A stretch of 62,192 bases of DNA from contig CAZCWN010000002.1 in assembly GCA_964502375.1 (NCBI GenBank), positions 1 through 62,192 of the forward strand, read 5' to 3'. This DNA is from an uncultured Rhizobium sp. (lineage in GTDB: Bacteria > Pseudomonadota > Alphaproteobacteria > Rickettsiales > UBA1997). The notes under the pieces are model-generated. The model worked only from the letters and a program-made list of their open reading frames with translations, had not been told where the DNA came from and made no database searches. The position numbers and the translations under genes are program-made. Below are positions 21,401 to 29,603 of the stretch, piece after piece (the first letter of the stretch is position 1; every line of letters begins with the position of its first letter).

Positions 21401-21590
21401 CACCAGCATAAAAGGTAAATTTGATGCCCTATCACAAAGCACCAATCTTGATCAAGTAAGACAATATCTCGGTTTAGAAATTTTACAAAAACCTGAAACT
21501 CAGGATATTACTTCTGACCTTGAAAAAATTAATTTAAGCCCACAATCTAGCCAGTTAGATCGCAAATTAAACGAATCCAGACCTCAATGA
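18474..21590 (+). CDS. AsmA-family outer-membrane biogenesis / lipid-transport protein
   Basis: 1038 aa. N-terminal TM anchor followed by the AsmA-like start (FNIAQKISQISGANCVIKGDVSIAILPVPSIIVKDV), and an AsmA-type C-terminus (GRLRMNVTAPGISGILSGTVSV). TAATG overlap with the upstream gene. Confidence 0.7.
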   Translation: MSEIIENFPILKIFQSKITRAVVAVLFIIISLLFLLPFFFSDSSLKFNIAQKISQISGANCVIKGDVSIAILPVPSIIVKDVFLQNYRQKIYHDSGVTFSDKVYNIYVNSMQIELPIFKSSSGPSIEKVILTDAAVESYYSTSLPITRQNKFNNAAERLKDRPETNSNKIDSKFISKLFSISALSAVDFTFANFPDLEVENGEAAFYDNLARKKEIKAINAELEITQKKIHSTGSFSSENINNSFRFLAKFNSKSKKPDSLFEVNSPILNLRISGNFPAENNGILTSDFNGKIEADIMDLKSFYKSYISNSSFFSEKLKYNNKPIKISADIINKTKDLLVQNIVINSNLINGKGEIGLSFVNNRPIIDVDLDLDDLDFDSMWSHEAVMLADDSDKRNLAANYVDETSEIFSSDAEKKAHNNPIILGQIKEEKSRLLPPQNQIEGLQKRSSDNFDLTKKIKDFDLGAEIRISTVKYLNGELRELNTYLTISRNGEILIFPMIFKIPGEGLFRVNGVFDNSTLLPKFIGKLDATGKSLKEVFKWLKIELQNLKFDSLKDYSIYSDIMLLPNSLVLNNSYLNLNGGQSEFLGELKLDESDKTPRLTSRFQANIFNIDDYFLISQQNTYLAPGLLLKKLLWLNEISSNNDLDFRFEKLIYKGEEFSDQKVKLRFGRGYLEIADLNLKSDETNLKANLALDISDRNPKFELDISADNFHYKTPQRTSAPQQRGGLEAPSPIKKYNFFDQFFALPSFEGFAGKMNFNFVNLELDNLKTRNFSLSGNLKNGTLENSKLVCDLYGGRLSYKGLISLKINKIINGNLTFTNVLLQPAFSNTMGIKNIDGVANISASITASASKKEEFISNLNSEIKFNTNSPSIYGYGLSDLVRKMFDPQNNYQELHRPENILINSQSKTVFKQAEGSLQIRDGKEGRLRMNVTAPGISGILSGTVSVQNKTADLLFNVIFITGTRQKQVPINIATSIKGKFDALSQSTNLDQVRQYLGLEILQKPETQDITSDLEKINLSPQSSQLDRKLNESRPQ

Positions 21591-22381
21591 ATAAGCGTTT
21601 TACAGTAGAAAATATTTTACAAAGAAAAGGTCAGGAAAAAATTCTGTGCCTTACAGCTTACACCTTTCCATTGGCTAAAATTCTTGATGAATTTTGTGAA
21701 GTGATTTTGGTTGGTGATTCTCTTGGCATGGCCATTTACGGCTTTCCAGACACTGTCGATGTAACCTTGGATATGATGATAAATCACGGCAAGGCAGTTA
21801 TGAAAGCGGTGAAAAAATCTTTTGTGGTGGTGGATTTACCTTTTGGTACTTACGAAGAATCTCCTGCTCAGGCATTAGAATCGGCAAAAAAATTAGTCTC
21901 TGCAACAGGCTGCGACGCCATAAAAATCGAAGTCTCGCGTGATTTAGTTCCAACTGTAAAATTTTTGGTGGAAAATAAAATTAATGTCATGGGCCATGTG
22001 GGTCTTTTGCCCCAAAGTGTTAGAAAAATTGGGGGCTACAAATATCAAGGGCGTGATGAAAATTCAGCGCAGGAAATTTTAGAAACAGCAAAATTAATCG
22101 AAAAAGCCGGTGCTTTTTCTTTAGTGATCGAAGCAGTGCCAGAAAAATTGGCTAGAGAAATTTCTGCTGCTATAAAAATTCCAACAATTGGTATCGGCGC
22201 TTCAGCTGACTGTGACGGGCAAGTGCTCGTGACTGATGATTTGCTTGGCTTGAATCAAGAATTTAAGCCGCGATTTGTGAAATATTATGCTAATTTAGCC
22301 GAAGAAATTTCTGCCGCTGTACGGAAATTTTCTGCTGATGTGAAAGCAAAAAAATTTCCTGCTAAAGAAAATTTGCTTTAA
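21587..22381 (+). CDS. panB: 3-methyl-2-oxobutanoate hydroxymethyltransferase
   Basis: 264 aa. LTAYTFPLAKILDE, ILVGDSLGM, GHVGLLPQS. Confidence 0.94.
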   Translation: MNKRFTVENILQRKGQEKILCLTAYTFPLAKILDEFCEVILVGDSLGMAIYGFPDTVDVTLDMMINHGKAVMKAVKKSFVVVDLPFGTYEESPAQALESAKKLVSATGCDAIKIEVSRDLVPTVKFLVENKINVMGHVGLLPQSVRKIGGYKYQGRDENSAQEILETAKLIEKAGAFSLVIEAVPEKLAREISAAIKIPTIGIGASADCDGQVLVTDDLLGLNQEFKPRFVKYYANLAEEISAAVRKFSADVKAKKFPAKENLL

Positions 22382-22560
22382 TAAATATTTTGAGAGCCCT
22401 TTGTAATCCTAGTCCCACAAAGCTTTCTGATTGACTTAATAATTTCCCTTTATAACTTGCCTAGGCAAATTTTGCTGATGATTTTCTTAAGTTGAAAACA
22501 GGCTCTAAGAAGCTCTCCATCACCATTACACTCCAAAAAAATTTCTCAAAATTTCATACA

Positions 22561-24405
22561 ATGACAGACTTTAGAAACGTTGCCATTATTGCTCACGTTG
22601 ACCATGGCAAAACTACATTAATCGATGCCATGTTGCATCAAAGCGGCACATTCCGTGCTAATCAACAAGTTGAGGCCAGGGTAATGGATAGCAATGCGCT
22701 GGAAAAGGAGCGCGGCATTACTATCCTTGCGAAATGCACTTCCCTGATTTGGAAGGATCACAAGGTCAATGTAATTGACACGCCAGGCCACGCTGATTTT
22801 GGTGGTGAAGTTGAACGTGTTCTATGTATGGCTGACAGTGCTTTGCTTTTGGTTGATTCGGCAGAAGGTGTAATGCCGCAAACCAAATTTGTGCTTTCCA
22901 AGGCTTTGGCTCTTGGCCTACGCCCTATTGTTATCATTAATAAAATTGATCGCCAAGATGCACGCCCTGATGATGTTCTTAATGAAATTTTTGATTTGTT
23001 CGTTTCTTTAAATGCCAATGAACAGCAACTTGATTTCCCTGTGCTTTATGCAGTAGGGCGTGATGGTTGGTGTGTGCGGGATATGGAAAAAGATGAGCGT
23101 AAAGATTTATCCCCGCTTTTTGACCTAATCGTGGAACATGTTGAGCCGCCAAAATTCGATGTTAATGGGCCTTTTAAGATGTTGGCAACTTTGCTTGATC
23201 GCAGCCCTTATTTCGGCCGTATGCTAACTGGCCGTATTTATTCCGGCAAAGCTAAAAACTTGATGAGCTTTAAAGCAATTAATCTTAAAGGCGAAGTTGT
23301 TGAGCAAGGCCGTCTAACTAAGCTGCACGTGTTCCGTGGGGTTGAAAAAATTCCGGTTGAAGAAGCAGAAGCTGGCGACATCGTTTCTATTGCTGGCTTA
23401 GAAAAAGCTTCAGTGTCTGATACACTTTGTGATTTGTCGGTGGCTGAACCAATAAAATCAACGCCGATTGACCCGCCAACTATGGCAATCACCGTGAGCG
23501 TGAATGATTCACCATTAGCTGGAACTGAAGGAAGCAAAGTAACTTCTCGCATGATTCGTGATCGCTTATTTGCTGAGGCCGAAACTAATGTGGCCATTAA
23601 AGTGAAAGAATCTGATGCAAAAGATTCTTTTGAAGTTGGCGGCCGTGGTGAGTTGCAGCTTGGTGTATTAATTGAAAATATGCGCCGCGAAGGCTTCGAG
23701 CTCTCAGTTTCAAGGCCGCGCGTACTTTTCAAAAAAGATGCTAATGGAGAAATTCTAGAGCCGGTGGAAGAAGTGGTTATTGATGTTGATGATGCTTTTA
23801 GTGGGGTGGTTGTTGAAAAACTTTCTTCGCGCAAAGGTGAAATGATTGAAATGAAACCATCTTCAGGCGGCAAAACACGTATCGTTTTTTATGTGCCTTC
23901 GCGCGGCTTAATTGGCTATCAAAGCGAATTCTTAACTGATACTAAAGGCTCGGGTGTTTTGAACAGAATTTTCCATGCTTATGTTTCTTATAAAGGGGAA
24001 ATAGCTTTCAAGAAAAATGGTGCTTTGATTGCCACCGATCCAGGTGAGGCTGTGGCCTATGCTTTGTGGAATTTGCAAGAACGTGGTGTGTTATTCATCA
24101 AGCCACAACAAAAAGTTTATGCCGGCATGGTGGTTGGCGAAAATGCTAAACAAGGTGATTTGGAAGTGAATGTTTTGAAAGGAAAGCAACTTACTAACAT
24201 TCGCGCTTCTGGCACTGATGAAGCAATCCGCCTTACTCCGCCAAGAGAATTAACTTTGGAAGAAATGATCACTTATGTTGGCGATGATGAGCTGGTTGAA
24301 GTTACGCCAAAATCATTACGCTTGCGTAAAAAGTTTTTGGACTCGAATGACCGCAAAAGGCTTGGTAGAAGCAAAGAAGCGCGCTTTGATTTTGTTCAGG
24401 AGTAA
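22561..24405 (+). CDS. typA: Translational GTPase TypA/BipA
   Basis: Conserved start MTDFRNVAIIAHVDHGKTTL at ATG 22561 (the tracked ORF begins upstream at 22492). DTPGHADF and NKIDR motifs, about 614 aa. Confidence 0.95.
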   Translation: MTDFRNVAIIAHVDHGKTTLIDAMLHQSGTFRANQQVEARVMDSNALEKERGITILAKCTSLIWKDHKVNVIDTPGHADFGGEVERVLCMADSALLLVDSAEGVMPQTKFVLSKALALGLRPIVIINKIDRQDARPDDVLNEIFDLFVSLNANEQQLDFPVLYAVGRDGWCVRDMEKDERKDLSPLFDLIVEHVEPPKFDVNGPFKMLATLLDRSPYFGRMLTGRIYSGKAKNLMSFKAINLKGEVVEQGRLTKLHVFRGVEKIPVEEAEAGDIVSIAGLEKASVSDTLCDLSVAEPIKSTPIDPPTMAITVSVNDSPLAGTEGSKVTSRMIRDRLFAEAETNVAIKVKESDAKDSFEVGGRGELQLGVLIENMRREGFELSVSRPRVLFKKDANGEILEPVEEVVIDVDDAFSGVVVEKLSSRKGEMIEMKPSSGGKTRIVFYVPSRGLIGYQSEFLTDTKGSGVLNRIFHAYVSYKGEIAFKKNGALIATDPGEAVAYALWNLQERGVLFIKPQQKVYAGMVVGENAKQGDLEVNVLKGKQLTNIRASGTDEAIRLTPPRELTLEEMITYVGDDELVEVTPKSLRLRKKFLDSNDRKRLGRSKEARFDFVQE

Positions 24406-24410
24406 AAAAT

Positions 24411-25124
24411 TTGCGTCCCTCGAAAAGAAACGCCGATCAGATTCGGCAAGTAACCATCGAAGCTAATGTGAACGCCTATGCCGAGGGCTCTTGTTTAATA
24501 AAATTCGGCAATACTCACGTAATTTGCACTGCTTCGATTGAAGAAAAAGTTCCGCCGTTCTTACGCAATAAAGGTTTAGGATGGGTTACTGCCGAATATA
24601 ATATGCTCGCGCGCTCAACCCATAATCGCCTAACGCGTGATTCTTTAAAACCAAATGGCCGCAATATAGAAATCCAACGTTTAATTGGCCGTTCTTTGCG
24701 TTCTGTGGTTGATATGAAAAAATTGGGGGAGCGCCAAATTATTGTTGATTGTGATGTAATACAGGCTGATGGCGGAACGCGCTGTGCCTCTATTACTGGG
24801 GGATATGTTGCTTTATCTTTAGCATTGCAAAAAATTCTTTCCCAAAAATTAATCCGCGAAAACCCTTTAATATCCCAGGTTTGCGCCATTTCTTGTGGAA
24901 TATTTGCCGGAGAAGTGATTGCTGATTTAGATTATTTAGAAGATAGCCAATGTGAAGTTGATGCTAATTTTGTAGTCAATAAAAATTTTGATTTAATTGA
25001 AATTCAAGGCACGGCCGAGCAAGGCGCAATGAGCTTTGAACAAATTTCCAAGATGTATAATTTATCAAAAAAAGCTGCAGAAGAAATTTTTGAAATACAA
25101 AGAAAAGCAATTGAAAATCGCTGA
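24411..25124 (+). CDS. rph: Ribonuclease PH
   Basis: 237 aa, TTG start. MRPSKRNADQIR, TAEYNMLARSTH, ADGGTRCASITG. Confidence 0.94.
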   Translation: MRPSKRNADQIRQVTIEANVNAYAEGSCLIKFGNTHVICTASIEEKVPPFLRNKGLGWVTAEYNMLARSTHNRLTRDSLKPNGRNIEIQRLIGRSLRSVVDMKKLGERQIIVDCDVIQADGGTRCASITGGYVALSLALQKILSQKLIRENPLISQVCAISCGIFAGEVIADLDYLEDSQCEVDANFVVNKNFDLIEIQGTAEQGAMSFEQISKMYNLSKKAAEEIFEIQRKAIENR

Positions 25125-25237
25125 TATATTTTACTACATGAAGTAACCTGTAGCCGCCAAAACAATGCATCTCCTAGTAAGTGGCACTCGCACAGCTTTG
25201 TAATTACGGCCCATAATTAAAGTCCAATTCACAAAAT

Positions 25238-26350
25238 TTGATCGTGAAAGAAATTAAAAATCTTACTCACTTAACTAAAGTTGAACTTGAAGAAGAGCTT
25301 ATAAAGCTAGGCCAGAAGCCTTTTCGCGCTAAGCAAATCTGGAATTGGATTTATGCCCGTGGCGTAAAATCTTTTGATGAAATGAGTAACATTTCAAAAG
25401 AAGTGCGGGAAATTCTGGCGCAAAATTTTTCCTTAGCGCGCCCAGAAATTTCAAAAGATTTGATCTCATTTGATGGCACCAGAAAATGGCTGATAAAATT
25501 TTCTGATGGGCGCGAAGTTGAAGCAGTTTTTATTCCTGAGGAAACTAGAGGAACATTATGTATATCATCGCAAGTTGGCTGCACATTATCATGCAAATTT
25601 TGCCACACCGGAACGCAGACTTTAGTTAGGAATTTGGAATTTCACGAAATTGTGGCGCAAATTTTAATTGCCAAAGATTTGTTGAATGATTGGAACAAAA
25701 ATAGTCGAAAGCTCACTAATATAGTATTTATGGGCATGGGCGAGCCTTTCTTTAATTATAAAAATGTGGCGAAAGCAGTAAAAACTTTGAACGATATTGA
25801 TGGTTTGGATATATCCGCACGAAAAATCACTATATCCACTTCTGGCTTGGTTCCAGAAATTTTACGCAGCGCCACAGAACTAAAAACTAATTTAGCAATA
25901 TCGCTTCATGCCACTAACGACGCACTTCGAACCGATATTATGGCTATCAATAAAAAATATCCGCTGAAAGATTTACTCGCCGCCTGCAAAAGCTATAATC
26001 AGCAAAATCCTAACCAAAAAATCACTTTTGAATATGTGATGCTAAAGGAGGTGAATGATCAGGAAATGCATGCTCGTGAGTTAATAAATTTGATCAAAAA
26101 ATTTAATTTAAACGTCAAAATAAATTTAATTCCTTTCAACCCTTGGAGCGGCTGTGGTTATGATCGCTCCTCTCTTCCGCAAATTGAGAAATTTCAAAAA
26201 ATTCTGAAAAATGCTGGGCTAATTTCGCCAATTAGAAAAACCCGCGGCGATGATGTATTAGCAGCTTGCGGCCAATTGAAATCTGCTTCAGAAAGGGCAA
26301 GAAGAGCGTCGGCAATGGGGCGTAACCCAAGCTCTGAACAAAATTCCTAA
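25238..26350 (+). CDS. rlmN: 23S rRNA (adenine2503-C2)/tRNA methyltransferase, radical SAM
   Basis: 370 aa. [11 protein letters not shown], radical-SAM cluster [11 protein letters not shown], and a C-terminal ACGQL motif. Confidence 0.94.
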   Translation: MIVKEIKNLTHLTKVELEEELIKLGQKPFRAKQIWNWIYARGVKSFDEMSNISKEVREILAQNFSLARPEISKDLISFDGTRKWLIKFSDGREVEAVFIPEETRGTLCISSQVGCTLSCKFCHTGTQTLVRNLEFHEIVAQILIAKDLLNDWNKNSRKLTNIVFMGMGEPFFNYKNVAKAVKTLNDIDGLDISARKITISTSGLVPEILRSATELKTNLAISLHATNDALRTDIMAINKKYPLKDLLAACKSYNQQNPNQKITFEYVMLKEVNDQEMHARELINLIKKFNLNVKINLIPFNPWSGCGYDRSSLPQIEKFQKILKNAGLISPIRKTRGDDVLAACGQLKSASERARRASAMGRNPSSEQNS

Positions 26351-27492
26351 GAAAAAAAATCTCCTACTTTTTTAAAGAAGCTTTCTGACTTTGGATTATT
26401 AGCTTTGTTATTCATTAAACTGTCCAGCTTTTGCAATAATTCACGCTCTTCGCCGGAAAGTTTAACCGGAGTTTCGATATTTATTTTGACATACATATCA
26501 CCTCTTCTGCCGCCCGTATTCATTACGCTCATGCCTTTTGATTTTAAGCGGAATTGATCGTTATTTTGTGAGCCTTCAGGGATTTGTAATTTGGCTTTTG
26601 TGCCATCAATTGTTGGAATTTCAATAGAACCGCCAAGTGCTGCAGTAGTGAATTTAATTGGCATTTCAAAATAAAGATCATCACCTTTGCGCGTGAAGAA
26701 TTCGTGTCTGCGAATAGAAACAAAAACGTAAAGATCGCCCGCTGGCCCGCCGCGTGCTCCGGCTTCTCCTTCTCCACTTAGGCGGATACGGTTACCATCT
26801 TCAATTCCAGCGGGAATTTTTACCGAAAGAGTTTTTTCTTTATTTACGCGCCCTTCGCCGCCGCAACTTTTGCACGGATTTTTTATGACTTGGCCAGTAC
26901 CGCCGCAACTGGTACAAGTGCGCTCTACTATGAAAAATCCTTGTTGGGCGCGAATTTTTCCGCTGCCTTTGCAAGTTGAACAATTGCTTGGTTTTTCATT
27001 ACCTTGTGCGCCACTTCCGCGACAAGTTTCGCAAGTAGAAGGGATAGTGAAGGTGATTTTTTCAGTAGTGCCTTTAAAAGCTTCTTCGAGAGAAATTTCT
27101 AAATTATAGCGAATGTCCGAGCCTCGTATTGCCGAGCTTCTTTTCTTGGTTTGACGCCCTCCACCAAGATCACCAAAAATATCAGAAAAATTGCTAAAAA
27201 TATCATTGAAATCAAAGCCTTCAAAGCCTTGGCCATATGCCCCGCCAGCGCCGCCAGCACCTGCGCCAAAAGCTTGATGGCCAAATTGATCATAGGCCGC
27301 CTTTTTTTGTTCATCTTTTAGAACTTCATAGGCTTCAGTGGCCTCTTTAAATTTGGTTTCTGCTTCTTTATTGCCTGGATTGCGGTCAGGATGGTATTGC
27401 ATCGCTAGTTTGCGATAGGCTTTTTTAATTTCATCGCCGGAAGCGTTTCTAGCAACGCCAAGTACTTCGTAATAATCTCGTTTTTCGCTCAT
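26347..27492 (-). CDS. dnaJ: Molecular chaperone DnaJ
   Basis: 381 aa. J-domain HPDRN, a G/F-rich linker, and four CxxCxGxG zinc-finger repeats ([32 protein letters not shown]). Confidence 0.97.
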   Translation of the reverse strand: MSEKRDYYEVLGVARNASGDEIKKAYRKLAMQYHPDRNPGNKEAETKFKEATEAYEVLKDEQKKAAYDQFGHQAFGAGAGGAGGAYGQGFEGFDFNDIFSNFSDIFGDLGGGRQTKKRSSAIRGSDIRYNLEISLEEAFKGTTEKITFTIPSTCETCRGSGAQGNEKPSNCSTCKGSGKIRAQQGFFIVERTCTSCGGTGQVIKNPCKSCGGEGRVNKEKTLSVKIPAGIEDGNRIRLSGEGEAGARGGPAGDLYVFVSIRRHEFFTRKGDDLYFEMPIKFTTAALGGSIEIPTIDGTKAKLQIPEGSQNNDQFRLKSKGMSVMNTGGRRGDMYVKINIETPVKLSGEERELLQKLDSLMNNKANNPKSESFFKKVGDFFS

Positions 27493-27565
27493 GATTTAAA
27501 ACTAAAAAGTAAAAGATTTTGAGAAATAAGTAGTCTCTAAAGACTGATTTACAAGGTGAGAAAAT

Positions 27566-28183
27566 CTAGTTTGCTTTTAACCAGCTCGTAAATTTTTCGA
27601 ATGCTATGGCGCGATGGGAAATTCTATCTTTAAGTTGCGGATCAATTTCGCCAAAGGTTTTATCCATACCATTTTTTATAAAGATTGGGTCATAGCCAAA
27701 GCCCTTACTACCACGGGCTGGAAAGGTTAAGTGCCCATCAATTCTGCCTTCGAAGGAAATGGCAAAATTTATTTGCGGATTAAAAAGTGACAAATTGCAA
27801 ATAAAATAAGCGTGCGGTTTGTCAGCGGCCTCAACACCAATTTTTTTTAACTCGGAAAAAATTTTTTCGAAAGCTTTGGGAAAATTTTTTTTGCCGGTTT
27901 GTTCATCAATTGCAAAGCGGGCGGAAGTAACTCCAGGGGCGCCTCCTAAGGCCTCTATGCATAATCCAGAATCATCAGCAAGGGCCGTAAGACCAGTTTT
28001 GTGAGCGTAATATTTTGCTTTTAAAAGAGAATTTGCTGCAAAAGTTTTTTCAGTTTCTTCTGGCTCAGGAAGGTTGAAATCAAAGGCTGAAACCGGCTCG
28101 ATGTTAATTTGCTTAAGAAGGGAAGAGATTTCGTGGAGCTTACCTTTGTTGTTAGTGGCAATTAGAATTTGGCGCGGAATCAT
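27566..28183 (-). CDS. rdgB: dITP/XTP pyrophosphatase (non-canonical purine NTP pyrophosphatase)
   Basis: 205 aa. LIATNNKGKLHE, ADDSGLCIEALGGAPGV, and FGYDPIF motifs of the Ham1/RdgB family. Confidence 0.92.
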   Translation of the reverse strand: MIPRQILIATNNKGKLHEISSLLKQINIEPVSAFDFNLPEPEETEKTFAANSLLKAKYYAHKTGLTALADDSGLCIEALGGAPGVTSARFAIDEQTGKKNFPKAFEKIFSELKKIGVEAADKPHAYFICNLSLFNPQINFAISFEGRIDGHLTFPARGSKGFGYDPIFIKNGMDKTFGEIDPQLKDRISHRAIAFEKFTSWLKAN

Positions 28184-28192
28184 ATTTTGGCC

Positions 28193-28230
28193 AAAAAAAA
28201 GCCGACAGTTTTAGTTTTATACTGTCGGCT
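28193..28230 (-). terminator. Intrinsic terminator after rpsP
   Basis: AGCCGACAGT / ACTGTCGGCT, a perfect 10-bp stem (28200-28209 with 28221-28230) and 11-nt loop, followed on minus by T7. Confidence 0.85.
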
Positions 28231-28235
28231 GAAAG

Positions 28236-28613
28236 TTATGCAGCAGTTTCCTCAGCCTTTGCAGCGTCGGCGGCTTCTTTTTCTTTAGCTAATTTTTCCA
28301 AAGCTCTTTTCTTCAGGCTGGTGCCTTTAGTTTTTGGTTTAAAATTTGGCTTATATTTTTCAGCACCTTTAACGCCAAGGGCGATCAAGAATTTTGCAAT
28401 CTTTTCTGTTGGTCGCGCGCCCACTGAAAGCCAATATTCAGTGCGTTCTTTATCCACTGTGACACGGTTTTCTTTATCATCTGCAAGCAAAGGATTGTAG
28501 GTTCCGATCTTTTCAAGAAACTTAGAGTCTCTAGGAGAAGTGCTATTAGTAACGAGAATGCGATAAAACGGGACCTTTTTTCTTCCGCCCCGAGAAAGAC
28601 GAATTTTTAGCAT
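28236..28613 (-). CDS. rpsP: 30S ribosomal protein S16 with a Lys/Ala-rich C-terminal tail
   Basis: [21 protein letters not shown] start. 125 aa. Confidence 0.95.
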   Translation of the reverse strand: MLKIRLSRGGRKKVPFYRILVTNSTSPRDSKFLEKIGTYNPLLADDKENRVTVDKERTEYWLSVGARPTEKIAKFLIALGVKGAEKYKPNFKPKTKGTSLKKRALEKLAKEKEAADAAKAEETAA

Positions 28614-28707
28614 GTTTTTGATTTGATTTGCTTAAGTAAGCGACGGTAGAGGAGGCGAGCAAACTACTTGCCCGAAGTTTTTTTGCAACTGCTTTATTTT
28701 TTATAAT

Positions 28708-29505
28708 TTAGCCAAAAAACCAGCCGGTTATAATGTAATTTAAAAGCAGAATAACGATTGAGGCAGATACAACAGCATTAGTTGTGGCAATTCCCACCCC
28801 TTCAGCACCGCGATTGGAATTATAGCCGAAATAACAGCCCATTATCGCAATTACAAAGCCAAAGAACGCTGATTTGGTAAGGCCGGAGATAACATCAATT
28901 TTTTCCAAAAATTGAAAAGTATTGCTTATATAAGGGCCCGGTGAAAAGCCTAAGGAATGGACGCTGACCAAATAACCACCAAGCACGCCGATCACGTCTG
29001 CAACCAGAACTAAAAAAGGCAGCATTAAAACGCCCGCAATTATTCTTGGTGCAACCAGATATTTAAAAGGGTTGGTAGAAAGAGTTCGCAAAGCATCAAT
29101 TTGTTCTGTAACTTTCATGGTGCCAATTTCAGCTGCCATTGAAGCACCAACGCGGCCTGCCACCATCAATCCAGCCAAGACAGGCCCTAATTCGCGCGTG
29201 ATGGATAAAACTACCACTGTGGCAATAGTGCTTTCAGCATTGAAACGTGAAAATCCGGAATAGCTTTGTAATGCCAAAACTGCACCAGAAAAAATAGCGG
29301 TTAAGCCAACAACGGGAAGAGAAAAATAGCCGATCTGTAAAAACTGGCGTAAAATTATTCGTGGATAAAAAGGCGGAGTGAAACAATAAATAACCGAAGT
29401 TAAAGTGAATAAAGCAATTTCTCCAAGTTTTGCTATATTAAGCAAAGTGAAGTGTCCGATCTTTTCTAAAAGCGTGAAAAAGCGTGAAAAAATTTCGCGG
29501 TGCAT
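28708..29505 (-). CDS. mlaE: Phospholipid/lipid ABC transporter permease MlaE
   Basis: 265 aa polytopic protein. MlaE/Ttg2B-type sequence (ITRELGPVLAGLMVAGRVGASMAAEIGTMKVTEQIDAL). Confidence 0.88.
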   Translation of the reverse strand: MHREIFSRFFTLLEKIGHFTLLNIAKLGEIALFTLTSVIYCFTPPFYPRIILRQFLQIGYFSLPVVGLTAIFSGAVLALQSYSGFSRFNAESTIATVVVLSITRELGPVLAGLMVAGRVGASMAAEIGTMKVTEQIDALRTLSTNPFKYLVAPRIIAGVLMLPFLVLVADVIGVLGGYLVSVHSLGFSPGPYISNTFQFLEKIDVISGLTKSAFFGFVIAIMGCYFGYNSNRGAEGVGIATTNAVVSASIVILLLNYIITGWFFG

Positions 29506-29603
29506 TTTACTTAATTTGATTGAATTTTTAAGATTTAGAAAACCTGAGGAGTGGTCAGATCATATCACAAGACACTTTTCGTCGAAAAACAAGAAATTAA
29601 TTA

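Noticed and set aside
23238-23873. 211-aa ORF antisense to typA, together with the many other 60-130-aa track ORFs nested inside or antisense to well-supported genes.
   Set aside because: It lies wholly inside a strongly supported conserved gene on the other strand. Its composition is low-complexity and Ser/Pro/Thr-rich, as expected for the antisense frame of a coding region, and it has no recognisable motifs.
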